From contig NZ_OZ243970.1 in NCBI RefSeq assembly GCF_965214665.1, positions 2,640,767-2,704,766 on the forward strand: a stretch of 64,000 bases of DNA, in the 5' to 3' direction. Positions 52,943-61,841 of this stretch are shown here, piece by piece (the first letter of the stretch is position 1; every line of letters begins with the position of its first letter). Source of the DNA: Neolewinella sp. (GTDB taxonomy: Bacteria; Bacteroidota; Bacteroidia; Chitinophagales; Saprospiraceae). The translations under genes were made by a program, and so were the position numbers. The notes beneath the pieces are model-generated. The model saw only the letters and a list, made by a program, of their open reading frames with translations. It searched no databases and had not been told where the DNA came from.

Positions 52943-54119
52943 AGGCTTTTACTTTGTCGATCACGAAATCCTGCTCCTCGTCGGTCAAAGTTGGGTACAT
53001 TGGCAGGCTAATGCCCCTAGCGTAGTAAGCTTCGGACTTACTAAGGTCGGCCTCTTCGTACCCAATATCCTGGTAGTACGGCATGGTATGCACGGGCACG
53101 TAGTGCACCTGGGCGTAGATGCCGTACTCCCGCAGGTAGTCGTACAATCCCCGCCGGTCGGCAACCTCGATCACGTAGAGGTGGAAGGCGTGGCGACGAT
53201 CGGAAGGGGGTACTCCATGATGCTTCACTGCACCTGCGTCCGCGCCCGCAAAGGCTTCATCGTACCGCTGGGCGATCTCCTGCCGGCGGGCCATGCCCTT
53301 CTCGGCGCGGGAAAGCTGGCTAATGCCGAGGGCGCAGAGGATGTCGGGAATGCGGTAGTTGTAGCCCAGCTCTTGCATCTCCATGTACCAGCCGCCCTGG
53401 TCGGGGTAGCGCAGGTTGCCGCGGTCGCGGGTGATGCCGTGGGTACGTAGCACCCTGAGGCGTTCGTAGAGGGCCTCGTCGTTAGTGGTGATCATGCCGC
53501 CCTCGCCGCTAGCGATGTGCTTGACGGGGTGGAAGCTGAAGATGGCCAGGTCGGCGTAGTTGCCGTTGCCGCACCACTGCTCGCTGCCCTGGCTATCGGT
53601 GAACCAGCCGCCGGGGGCGTGGCAGGCATCTTCGATGATCCAAAGATCGTGCTCGTCGGCCAGGGCGCGGTAGGCCTCCAGATCAATGGGGTAGCCGGCG
53701 AAGTCGACGGGTACGATACCGTGGAAGAAACCCCGGGGACGGCTTTCAATCAGGGCGCGCACTTTATCGATATCGAGCGTGAGGGTCTCCGAATCGATAT
53801 CCGCAAACCATACCTCACCACCGCAGTAACGCACGCAGTTGGCGCTGGCGGCAAAGGTGATCGGGGTGGTGATGACGCGGGTACCCTCCTGCACATCCAG
53901 GGCCAGGGCGCAGAGGTGGAGGGCGGCGGTACCGTTGGCGACGGCGACGGCGTACCTGGAGCCGATGTAGGCAGCGAACTTCTCCTCGAACTCATCGACC
54001 CGGGGACCGGTGGTGAGGTAATCGGCCTTTAGCGCCTCGGTGACGGCGGCGATGTCGGCCTCCGTGATATTCTGTCGGCCGTAGGGGATGGCGTGGGTAA
54101 CGGTGGTGGGGGTGGTCAT
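52929..54119 (-). CDS. pseC: UDP-4-amino-4,6-dideoxy-N-acetyl-beta-L-altrosamine transaminase (DegT/DnrJ/EryC1 family)
   Basis: IPYGRQNITEADIAAVTEALKADYLTTGPRVDEFE... and SFHPVKHIASGEGG (PLP Lys). Confidence 0.85.
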   Translation of the reverse strand: MTTPTTVTHAIPYGRQNITEADIAAVTEALKADYLTTGPRVDEFEEKFAAYIGSRYAVAVANGTAALHLCALALDVQEGTRVITTPITFAASANCVRYCGGEVWFADIDSETLTLDIDKVRALIESRPRGFFHGIVPVDFAGYPIDLEAYRALADEHDLWIIEDACHAPGGWFTDSQGSEQWCGNGNYADLAIFSFHPVKHIASGEGGMITTNDEALYERLRVLRTHGITRDRGNLRYPDQGGWYMEMQELGYNYRIPDILCALGISQLSRAEKGMARRQEIAQRYDEAFAGADAGAVKHHGVPPSDRRHAFHLYVIEVADRRGLYDYLREYGIYAQVHYVPVHTMPYYQDIGYEEADLSKSEAYYARGISLPMYPTLTDEEQDFVIDKVKAFVRG

Positions 54120-55141
54120 ACGACGGCGAAGCTTGGGTCAACGTGGATGGTGATGAAGCTGCGCAGCTCCTCGACGGTGACCCATTCGGTGTTGGTGCCG
54201 GAGTTATAGCTAAACCCGTTGTCGACGAGCTTGGCACCGAACTCCTCCTTAAACGCTTCCAGGTCCCAATTGGGTACGGAGGGCAGGATGGCGTAGTACT
54301 TGCCCATGTCGTAGGTGTAGAAGGAGTCCGAGGGAGTGATCATCTCCTCGTGGATCTTCTCGCCGGGGCGGATACCGATCACGCGCTGCTCGGTAGTGGG
54401 CGCGATGGCTTCGGCAACGTCCGTGATGCGGTAGCTGGGAATTTTGGGGATGAAGATCTCACCGCCCCAGGCATTGGCCAGGGCGTGAAACACCATATCG
54501 ACCCCGCCGTCGAGGCTGATGTTGAAGCGCGTCATGCGCGGATCGGTGATGGGGAGGTAGGCCTCCTCCCGTTTTTTGAGGAAAAAGGGAATGACCGAGC
54601 CATTGGAGCCCATCACGTTACCGTAGCGGACCACGGAGAAGCGGATGGGGTTCTTTCCCTTAATATTGTTGGCGGCGATAAAGAGCTTATCGCTGGTCAA
54701 CTTAGTGGCTCCATACAGATTGATGGGTGCGCACGCTTTGTCGGTACTCAGGGCTACGACACGCTTTACGCCCGCTTCCAGGGAAGCGTAGATGACGTTT
54801 TCAGCTCCTCCCACATTCGTTTTGATGCACTCCGAGGGGTTGTACTCGGCCAGGTGTACGTGCTTCATGGCCGCAGCGTGGATCACGTAGTCGATGCCCT
54901 GCATGGCGCGTACCAGTCGCTCGCGGTCGCGCACGTCGCCGATGAAGAAGCGGATGGCGGGGTACCGCTTGGCGGGATACTCCTGAGCCATGACGAACTG
55001 CTTTTGCTCGTCGCGACTGAAAATGACTAGGCGGCGGACGTCGGGCCACTTTGCGAAGATGCGGCGGGTGAGAGCCTTGCCTAGGGAGCCGGTGCCGCCG
55101 GTGATAAGAACGGATTTTCCGTTTAGGTTTAAATTTTCCAT
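54116..55141 (-). CDS. pseB: UDP-N-acetylglucosamine 4,6-dehydratase (inverting)
   Basis: KSVLITGGTGSLGKAL, IHAAAMKHV, STDKACAPINLYGATK and VRYGNVMGSNGSVIP give a full-length match to the FlaA1/PseB pattern. Start taken at MENLNLNGK (55141). Confidence 0.9.
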   Translation of the reverse strand: MENLNLNGKSVLITGGTGSLGKALTRRIFAKWPDVRRLVIFSRDEQKQFVMAQEYPAKRYPAIRFFIGDVRDRERLVRAMQGIDYVIHAAAMKHVHLAEYNPSECIKTNVGGAENVIYASLEAGVKRVVALSTDKACAPINLYGATKLTSDKLFIAANNIKGKNPIRFSVVRYGNVMGSNGSVIPFFLKKREEAYLPITDPRMTRFNISLDGGVDMVFHALANAWGGEIFIPKIPSYRITDVAEAIAPTTEQRVIGIRPGEKIHEEMITPSDSFYTYDMGKYYAILPSVPNWDLEAFKEEFGAKLVDNGFSYNSGTNTEWVTVEELRSFITIHVDPSFAVV

Positions 55142-55182
55142 AAGGGGGGCAAAGGTACGCCCATTTAACATTTAGCCCTGGC

Positions 55183-55914
55183 TCACTGCCTGACGAAACG
55201 TCGGAGTCCATAGCGGTTACCCCGGTAGGCGCGAATGAAATAGGTTCCGGGTGGAAGTGCACTTACTGTAAGGGTGGTCTGGATAAAATCATCGAGGATA
55301 GCACCGGTAGACGACACGAGCTCGTAGCGGTCAAATACCTCGGTGGGATTGATCGTCAGGTAGTCACTCGCGGGGTTAGGGCTGAGTTGGAACAGCTCAT
55401 CCGCAAGGTAATCCCGTGCCGGATCCCGGGGGGCTAAAGTAGTAGGTTCTTCAGGCACTTGTTCCTCTTCGGCAGTGGTATCCGGTGCCGCTTGGAAAGC
55501 TGTCCACCTGACGTATAGGCCCAAATCGCGAGCCGTAGCAAGGGTCAGAGGATTAGAGTATTGCTTATCTCCCACAAAGGGATCTTCCGAAGGGTGATCG
55601 ACCCAGCGGGCGAGTACGTTAAAACTTTCCGTGGTGGGTTGGTATACCGAGTTAGGACCGGTCATGAACCAATGGTAGCCGTTGATGGATTCCAGGGTCA
55701 CTACGTAATGCGGCACCTCGGTAAAGTTACAGCCCCGGGTATCAATGTATACGCGCACCCCCCGCACATCTTCAGTGGGGATGTTGTCGTAGGTCACCCA
55801 GTCTTCGGGCTGGGTCACCCCCTGGCAAACAGTTACGGAAGACGATACTGTTTGACCGGTAACAAGTACCGGGGCAAGGAGCAGGAAAAGAAGTAAAAAG
55901 CAAGTCTGGTACAT
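55183..55914 (-). CDS. Secreted hypothetical protein with a T9SS type-A C-terminal sorting domain
   Basis: Signal peptide MYQTCFLLLFLLLAPVLVTGQ. C-terminal FQLSPNPASDYLTINP...LPPGTYFIRAY. Confidence 0.7.
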   Translation of the reverse strand: MYQTCFLLLFLLLAPVLVTGQTVSSSVTVCQGVTQPEDWVTYDNIPTEDVRGVRVYIDTRGCNFTEVPHYVVTLESINGYHWFMTGPNSVYQPTTESFNVLARWVDHPSEDPFVGDKQYSNPLTLATARDLGLYVRWTAFQAAPDTTAEEEQVPEEPTTLAPRDPARDYLADELFQLSPNPASDYLTINPTEVFDRYELVSSTGAILDDFIQTTLTVSALPPGTYFIRAYRGNRYGLRRFVRQ

Positions 55915-56001
55915 TGGTAGAGTAATTAAACTGCGTAACGCGTCGAAATACGCGGGTCGTGTAAAATAAGTTAAAAAGCTAGGATGAGCCTCGGGATCAT
56001 G

Positions 56002-57261
56002 TTACAGCGAACGCCGGTAAGCACTACCCACTGGTTGGCTTTCCAGGTACTGCGCCATCTCGCTCAGATCCGCCGACCACGGCAACCTTCCTCCCCCCTC
56101 CCGCCAGCTCTGATAGCAACCTAGTAGCCACTCATGACTCATACCATCGGCGTACACCCTGCCGGCCCGCGTACCCTCCACAATCTGCCGCAGCTCCGGA
56201 TCATCGGGGCCGTTGACTAGGGCCAGGATGGGGCGGCCGGCGGAGAGGTAGTCGTATAGTTTGGCGGTCAGTACGCCGTAGTAGCCGGGTGCGGACCAGT
56301 TGAGGAGCAGCAGCAGCTGGGCCTCCGTCTGTAGTTTTTGCGCGGTCGCGGGTGCAACGTAGGCTCGGGTGTTGCAGTGAATCTCGGGATGCAGCCCAGT
56401 AAGCCACTCCGCCCAGAGTCCGGCGTCCTTGCCGCGGTAGACCAGCTCGACGTCGTCGGCCTGCATATGCCCCTCGGCAACGAGGGCGTTGAGGGTGGTC
56501 ACCAGGGGACGAATGCTCTGTAGGCGTTCGTAGAGGCTACCGGTGTAGACGATAGTGAAGCGTTCGGTCTGGGGGGCGGTAGTGGCGGGGGGCAGGCTGA
56601 ACAGTCGGTTGCGACGCACGGCAGCCTTCGCGTTGAGCCGGCGTAGGTAGGCCACCTGGCCTTCGGAGACTCCCCAGACCTCATCGGCCGTGGCGATCAT
56701 GCGGCGGGCCCACCAGCGCTGGAGGGCGGGCCACCAGACGTCACGCCGTACGGGATCGGCGTGGAGGTCACGGAAGTCGGCAATCCAGTGTAACCGCGGG
56801 TACCGCTCTTTGAGCCGGCGGGCCACAAGGTGATCTGACCAGGGGCGGAAAGAAGAAAAGATCGTAGTAACCTGCTCGGTTTCGATCAGGCGTACCGCTT
56901 CCCGGTAGGCCTGCCTACGGTAGATGGGGCCCCCATCATCAGTCAGGTAAAGGAAGGGAAAGGACTGCCGCAGGCGCAGTAGCGGAGCGCTCACCCGCCT
57001 ACGGTAGCTGTTGTGCGGTAGGGTGTGGGCCGGGCCGGGACCACCAACTAGGGCCCGTAAGTCACGGGCGGGTAGTGCTACTACCTCTAGGCCCGGTACG
57101 TCGGTTCCGTCAAAGTTGCGGTCGTTGCGAATGACGAACACCCGGGCGTAGTGCTGTTGGGCCCAGGAAGCGAGGTGCCCAAGCCGCCGCCCGGCAACGG
57201 CGGGGCGCGGCGGGAAATAATTCGCAAGAAATAGGATTCGTTCTGCCGGCAAGGTCATCAC
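56002..57261 (-). CDS. Glycosyltransferase (GT-B, GT4-like)
   Basis: The N-terminal ILFLANYFPP... is typical of GT4 enzymes, and the layout is two-domain. No strong catalytic motif recognised. Confidence 0.5.
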   Translation of the reverse strand: MMTLPAERILFLANYFPPRPAVAGRRLGHLASWAQQHYARVFVIRNDRNFDGTDVPGLEVVALPARDLRALVGGPGPAHTLPHNSYRRRVSAPLLRLRQSFPFLYLTDDGGPIYRRQAYREAVRLIETEQVTTIFSSFRPWSDHLVARRLKERYPRLHWIADFRDLHADPVRRDVWWPALQRWWARRMIATADEVWGVSEGQVAYLRRLNAKAAVRRNRLFSLPPATTAPQTERFTIVYTGSLYERLQSIRPLVTTLNALVAEGHMQADDVELVYRGKDAGLWAEWLTGLHPEIHCNTRAYVAPATAQKLQTEAQLLLLLNWSAPGYYGVLTAKLYDYLSAGRPILALVNGPDDPELRQIVEGTRAGRVYADGMSHEWLLGCYQSWREGGGRLPWSADLSEMAQYLESQPVGSAYRRSL

Positions 57262-57267
57262 TTTATA

Positions 57268-58671
57268 CTAGTCCCAATGCTGAGATACGACGGTCACCCC
57301 GCTATGGTTCACCAAATAGCCGAACCATACATCCCCTCCCGCCCTACTGCGCCGGTCGTAGGAGACATCGTAAAGGTAATTATCGAATTGTCCTTCAAGC
57401 GAACTGACGCGGCAGATACCCTGCGTACATCGCCGTACCTCCCCATACTGCCGTTCCACCGATGCACTATACGCCGCACTTCGACCACTCAGCAACTGCT
57501 GCCACGCCCTCCCCGGCGGGGCCGTCAGCACAATGCGTTCCCAGGGGCTTGCCACCGCCCCGTCACGCCGCCGGTCGATGCTCACCCGGCCTAAGGTGCC
57601 GACCAGCCCGATGAGTACTACGAGCAGCGCCGATTGCCAGGTGGAAAGTAGGTACCGCGGCCGGCTGGCTACGAGTACGCTGAGCAGTAGGGCTACCGGT
57701 ATGATCTGCCAGTCAGCAATCCCCTCCGGAAAACTCTCCGCTCGCGTGGCCAGTAGCACCGGCGTGAAGCTTATGGGGGGAGCTACTATAGCGGCTGTCC
57801 CCAGTAAAAGGAAGTTTTTTCGGCTGAGCGTCACCCGTGGCAGGAAACTACTACCTACCAGTATAAGGGGTAATAAAGCGGTGGAGGATAGCCAACTGAG
57901 CCAGGTGAATAGTCCGGTGGCCACTACCAGGGCGAAACTTTCGGGCAGTGAGTGCGTCGAGGTCTGGTAAAGTGCCGCGCGTACCCAATTCCCCGGAGCT
58001 GCCAGAGCTACAGTCGCTGCGAAGATCGCCGTTGCTAATAGAACAAGTGTGTCCGAGCGCCGTAAGAGCTCCGGACGGTAGACCACTAGACCGATCAGTA
58101 AACCTCCGCACTGCACCAGGCTAATCTCGTTAGTCCCTGCGGCAAATACCACAGCTACCGCCGCCCACCCTACTTTCCCCCGGCACAGCAGGCCGGCCAA
58201 CAGCAGGGTAGCAATCAGACCGGTCTGGTAGATCAACAGTCCCGTGAGCCGGTACAGGCTATCGTAGGGATTACTTAGGTTACTTACGTAGAGCGCCAGT
58301 ACGGCGAGCGTTATCACTAAATGTACACCGAGGGCGGCCCGGAACACCCCCCTCACGCAGTAATAGACCGCCCCGCCGAGCAGCAAATGTAGGGCCAGAA
58401 ACACGCAGCGGGCCACCGGCAGCGAGTACCAGTGATGCGTCGTGCTCAGCAGGGCCGTACTGGTGTACCTGCCCATGGTGGTGCGGTACCAATCTAGCTG
58501 CTGGGCCCAGTAACTTACCTTCTCGTACCGCCCCCCCCAGTTACTGATCCAGTCTACGGCATGGGTGCCCACGGGGTGCCAGTAGGCACACAGGAGCAGA
58601 AAGGGCAGCACGGCGATCGCTGCGGCCGCCGCTATCCCCCAGGCCGTGAGCCTAGCCTTACGTATTTTCAC
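57268..58671 (-). CDS. Polytopic membrane protein (467 aa); possible GT-C-type glycosyltransferase or polymerase
   Basis: About 10-12 hydrophobic helices followed by a soluble C-terminal domain of about 100 aa. Overlaps the DUF2304 gene by 14 nt. Confidence 0.5.
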   Translation of the reverse strand: MKIRKARLTAWGIAAAAAIAVLPFLLLCAYWHPVGTHAVDWISNWGGRYEKVSYWAQQLDWYRTTMGRYTSTALLSTTHHWYSLPVARCVFLALHLLLGGAVYYCVRGVFRAALGVHLVITLAVLALYVSNLSNPYDSLYRLTGLLIYQTGLIATLLLAGLLCRGKVGWAAVAVVFAAGTNEISLVQCGGLLIGLVVYRPELLRRSDTLVLLATAIFAATVALAAPGNWVRAALYQTSTHSLPESFALVVATGLFTWLSWLSSTALLPLILVGSSFLPRVTLSRKNFLLLGTAAIVAPPISFTPVLLATRAESFPEGIADWQIIPVALLLSVLVASRPRYLLSTWQSALLVVLIGLVGTLGRVSIDRRRDGAVASPWERIVLTAPPGRAWQQLLSGRSAAYSASVERQYGEVRRCTQGICRVSSLEGQFDNYLYDVSYDRRSRAGGDVWFGYLVNHSGVTVVSQHWD

Positions 58672-58999
58672 CGCCCCGACGTAGCTGTTCCTGCAGTAAG
58701 CTTATTTCCCGGAATAGCCGCGTATGCTGCTCCTCGATCATGCGAAAGCGACCGTACACCACGGCAAAAATGCCGCACAGGAAAATGACCGTTGTGTACA
58801 GTAGTAGGTCAGTCCCACGTTCTACCCCCAGCTTATTGGCTACTAGCGTAGTAAGGTCCGGATCGTACACCGCCACGCTACCGGCCAGTAACACCAGCAG
58901 CAGTACGCCGACCGCCCCCGACTGGTAACGGACCAGCTTGAGGTAGATCAGGGCAATGGCCCCCAGGGCGGCAAAGAGTAGGAGTTGGATCGGTGTCAT
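58658..58999 (-). CDS. DUF2304 family small membrane protein
   Basis: 113 aa with three or four TM helices. LANKLGVERGTDLLLY and the C-terminal amphipathic LFREISLLQEQL match the DUF2304 pattern. Typical position directly after a GT2 gene. Confidence 0.65.
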   Translation of the reverse strand: MTPIQLLLFAALGAIALIYLKLVRYQSGAVGVLLLVLLAGSVAVYDPDLTTLVANKLGVERGTDLLLYTTVIFLCGIFAVVYGRFRMIEEQHTRLFREISLLQEQLRRGGENT

Positions 59000-59003
59000 G
59001 ATG

Positions 59004-59687
59004 CTAGCGGTAGATCAGGCGAAGCAGTACGTCGGTAGCGATCCGTAGTGCATTCCAGGATGACTGCCCCTTACGGCGGGAGTACGGGGTGTAAACTACG
59101 GCTACCGGTACTTCTTTCCACCTTAGTCCGTGGCGCCTGAGCTGCCACAGCAGCTCGGTCGCATAGGCCATGCGGTTCTCCCGTAGGCTGATGCGTTGCA
59201 CCGCCCGCCGGTTCATGGCCCGTAGGCCGATGTGCGCGTCCGTCATCCACACCCCCGTGGAAAGCCCATTAAAAAGTCTGCCCAATATGAGCACGCCACG
59301 CCGAACCACCGGAATGGACGCCCGGTTTTCGGCCACCAAGAACCGACTTCCGAACACGATATCCGCTTCCCCACGGGTAAGCTCCTCCAGCAGGGCACCC
59401 ACCGCCTGGGCCGGGTGCTGGCCATCGGCATCAAAGTGCACCACGTAGCCATAGCCCCGCCGCCGGGCGTACTCCATACCGGTCTGCAGCGCGGCCCCCT
59501 GGCCCAGGTTCACCGCGTGCCGCACCACGGTAGTAGCCAGATCACTAATGAGGTCGGGCAGCGGATCGGAGGACCCATCATCGACCAGCAGGATATCGTG
59601 ACCCAGGGCCCGCAGTGCCCCCAGCGTAGCCCGCACCACACCGAGCGCTTCGTTGTAGACCGGTACGATCACGAGCACCTCAGCCAT
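59004..59687 (-). CDS. Glycosyltransferase family 2 (polyprenyl-phosphate sugar synthase-like)
   Basis: VLVIVPVYNEALGV...ILLVDDGSSD...HFDADGQH. Confidence 0.85.
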   Translation of the reverse strand: MAEVLVIVPVYNEALGVVRATLGALRALGHDILLVDDGSSDPLPDLISDLATTVVRHAVNLGQGAALQTGMEYARRRGYGYVVHFDADGQHPAQAVGALLEELTRGEADIVFGSRFLVAENRASIPVVRRGVLILGRLFNGLSTGVWMTDAHIGLRAMNRRAVQRISLRENRMAYATELLWQLRRHGLRWKEVPVAVVYTPYSRRKGQSSWNALRIATDVLLRLIYR

Positions 59688-60846
59688 GCCGTAGATTCAT
59701 CTGGCGAATGAGTTGGAGGTAATGGTCCACGATGACGGGCTCGGCGAAGCGGGTGACGGCCATCTGCCGCCCGGCACGGCCCATAGCGGCGCGCTGTTCC
59801 GGACTGCTATGGATGATTTTTTCCATGCCTGCGGCCAGACTTACCGCATCTTGCACCACCACCAGATGCCCGTTTACCCCCTCGTCAATGGTATCGCGGC
59901 AGCCGGGGACGTCAGAGGCCACCAGCGGCTTACCCATCGCCATACCCTCCAGCATCACGCGGGGTAGCCCCTCCCGGTAGGAGGGGAGCACCACGGCGGT
60001 AGCACGCGCGATGTAGGGGCGGGTATCGGATACCTGCCCGTGGTACACGATGTCCCCACACGCTTCCCATAATTTAACCATCGAGGAGGGCACGCCCGAG
60101 GGGTTCCCATCGTCAAGCCCGCCCACCATGTGGAAGGTCACCTCGGGATGGCGCCGGCGGATGCTGCGTGCCGCCTCATGAAATTCCATGACCCCCTTGT
60201 CGTACAGCAGCCGGCCGATGAACAGAAAACTCAGGGGGGCGGCCTCCGCAGCGCCATCGGGCGCAAACTTATCCGTATCAATACCCGAACCGGGGATAAC
60301 CCCCGAACGGTCGGACGGCACGAGACCGTTATCCAGAAACAGTCGCCGGTCATCCGCATTCTGAAAGTAGGTCCAGTGGGCGGAGCGCAGGGCCCGCCGG
60401 TAGAGCTGCTTGACCACGCGGTTGACCAGCCCCGGCGTAATGAACGCATACCCTAGCCCGGTCAGGGTGCTGATGTTCCTGACCCCAACCAGCTTGGCGG
60501 CCAGCGAACCGTAGATCACCGGCTTGATCGTATAGTGCAGCACTACGTCTACCCGAAACCTGCGGTAGATACGGGCCAGCTCCAGCAGTAGGGCGGCATC
60601 CTGGGCAGGATTGGTGCCCTTGCGGCTCAGTCTAGTTACCGGCACGTACGTGGCTCCGAACTCCGGTCCTAGTCGGTCGGAGTATTCGTCGGGAGGTGCA
60701 ATGGCAATCATTCGGGCACCGGTTGCCTTCAGGCTACGCAGCAGCCCCCCCCGGAAATTGAAGATATTCCAACTCGTATTCGCTACGATGGCTACCGTAG
60801 TGCCTCCCAGCTCCATACCCGTCGTGTCGGTGTGCGTAGGGTTCAT
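59680..60846 (-). CDS. Glycosyltransferase family 4 (group 1)
   Basis: VAIVANTSWNIFNFRGGLL and GLPRVMLEGMAMGKPLVASDVPGCRDTI (EX7E region). Start at 60846 forms an ATGA overlap with the upstream stop. Confidence 0.85.
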   Translation of the reverse strand: MNPTHTDTTGMELGGTTVAIVANTSWNIFNFRGGLLRSLKATGARMIAIAPPDEYSDRLGPEFGATYVPVTRLSRKGTNPAQDAALLLELARIYRRFRVDVVLHYTIKPVIYGSLAAKLVGVRNISTLTGLGYAFITPGLVNRVVKQLYRRALRSAHWTYFQNADDRRLFLDNGLVPSDRSGVIPGSGIDTDKFAPDGAAEAAPLSFLFIGRLLYDKGVMEFHEAARSIRRRHPEVTFHMVGGLDDGNPSGVPSSMVKLWEACGDIVYHGQVSDTRPYIARATAVVLPSYREGLPRVMLEGMAMGKPLVASDVPGCRDTIDEGVNGHLVVVQDAVSLAAGMEKIIHSSPEQRAAMGRAGRQMAVTRFAEPVIVDHYLQLIRQMNLRHG

Positions 60847-61841
60847 CGTGCCATTCGCGCCGTGCGATCGACGAAGGACTCCATGGAGTGGCTCTCCCAT
60901 CCGTAGGTTCGCTGTAGGGTTTGGTAATGGTGGGCGATCTCCCGGAGGGCGTCCATATTCTTCTGTGGGTGGGTGGCCAAATTATGCGGATGCCACCACA
61001 GGTGGTAGCTGCGGGCCTGCCGGGCCGCCGTCTGCATCTCACTCAGAATACGGCGCAACTTCAGTCGCTGCCCCCCGTATCCGTCTAGGTGACTCAGATA
61101 AGGCCTTAAAAATCGGCTCGCCGGCACCTCAATCACTCCAGCAGTGTTGGCGAGCCTACCGTCAAAGGTAGTGTCTCCCCATCCGGATAAGTAGTTGTCG
61201 CTCAGGCGAGCCACACGCTGGAGGCGACCGGTGTGTTCACCCGATCGCACGTTCCAGAACCACTGCGTAGGGTTGCCCCGGAAGGTCTCAAACCCGGCCC
61301 GCCGTACCGCAGCGAAATAATCGTGCCGGTACTGATTGCGGGGAAAGACCAGTGCCCTGGCGGATCCGTAGCCCGTACGCTGCATCAGGTGCTGGGCCGC
61401 CTGAAGATCGTCACTGAATGCCTCCACCTGCTGGCCCGCCTCTAGGCAGTAATAATGGGCAAAGGTATGGCTGCCAATAACCTGACCGGGGGTGGCGTGG
61501 ATGAGCGCGATGAGGGTCGGCGCGTAATGGTACGGGTCGGCTGCTTCGTCCTCGCCCACCCCCTCGAGTACGCGGTAGGGATCCAGCCGCGCGTCGGTGT
61601 ACCGCGGTCGCCGTTGGGGAAGGGAGCTGAGTAGTTCCTCCCTATCACGGGCGAATAACATGCCCACCGTAGCCCAGCTGGCGTTCAGGGCATACTCCTC
61701 AAACAGCCGCAGCGTAGGAGGAATCAGCGCCCGGGTCCGATCAAAGTAGGCCCGGCTGCGCTCGTCCAACGCAGTGTGGTCAAATACCCCCCAGTGCAAC
61801 TCGAAGTCCAGCGAAATGATGAACGCTCCGCACCTACTCAC
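60843..61841 (-). CDS. Polysaccharide deacetylase-like (CE4-type) protein
   Basis: FIISLDFELHWG...GSHTFAHYY...LWWHPHN resembles divergent polysaccharide deacetylases found in exopolysaccharide loci. Confidence 0.6.
   Translation of the reverse strand: MSRCGAFIISLDFELHWGVFDHTALDERSRAYFDRTRALIPPTLRLFEEYALNASWATVGMLFARDREELLSSLPQRRPRYTDARLDPYRVLEGVGEDEAADPYHYAPTLIALIHATPGQVIGSHTFAHYYCLEAGQQVEAFSDDLQAAQHLMQRTGYGSARALVFPRNQYRHDYFAAVRRAGFETFRGNPTQWFWNVRSGEHTGRLQRVARLSDNYLSGWGDTTFDGRLANTAGVIEVPASRFLRPYLSHLDGYGGQRLKLRRILSEMQTAARQARSYHLWWHPHNLATHPQKNMDALREIAHHYQTLQRTYGWESHSMESFVDRTARMAR

Noticed and set aside
54143-55030. A 295-aa plus-strand ORF antisense to pseB, with similar antisense ORFs at 2727-3479, 15435-15935, 19202-19741, 22436-22984, 30475-31020 and 53517-54032
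   Set aside because: Same reasoning. Each overlaps a gene with strong family motifs on the other strand and itself shows no motif, signal or sensible start context.
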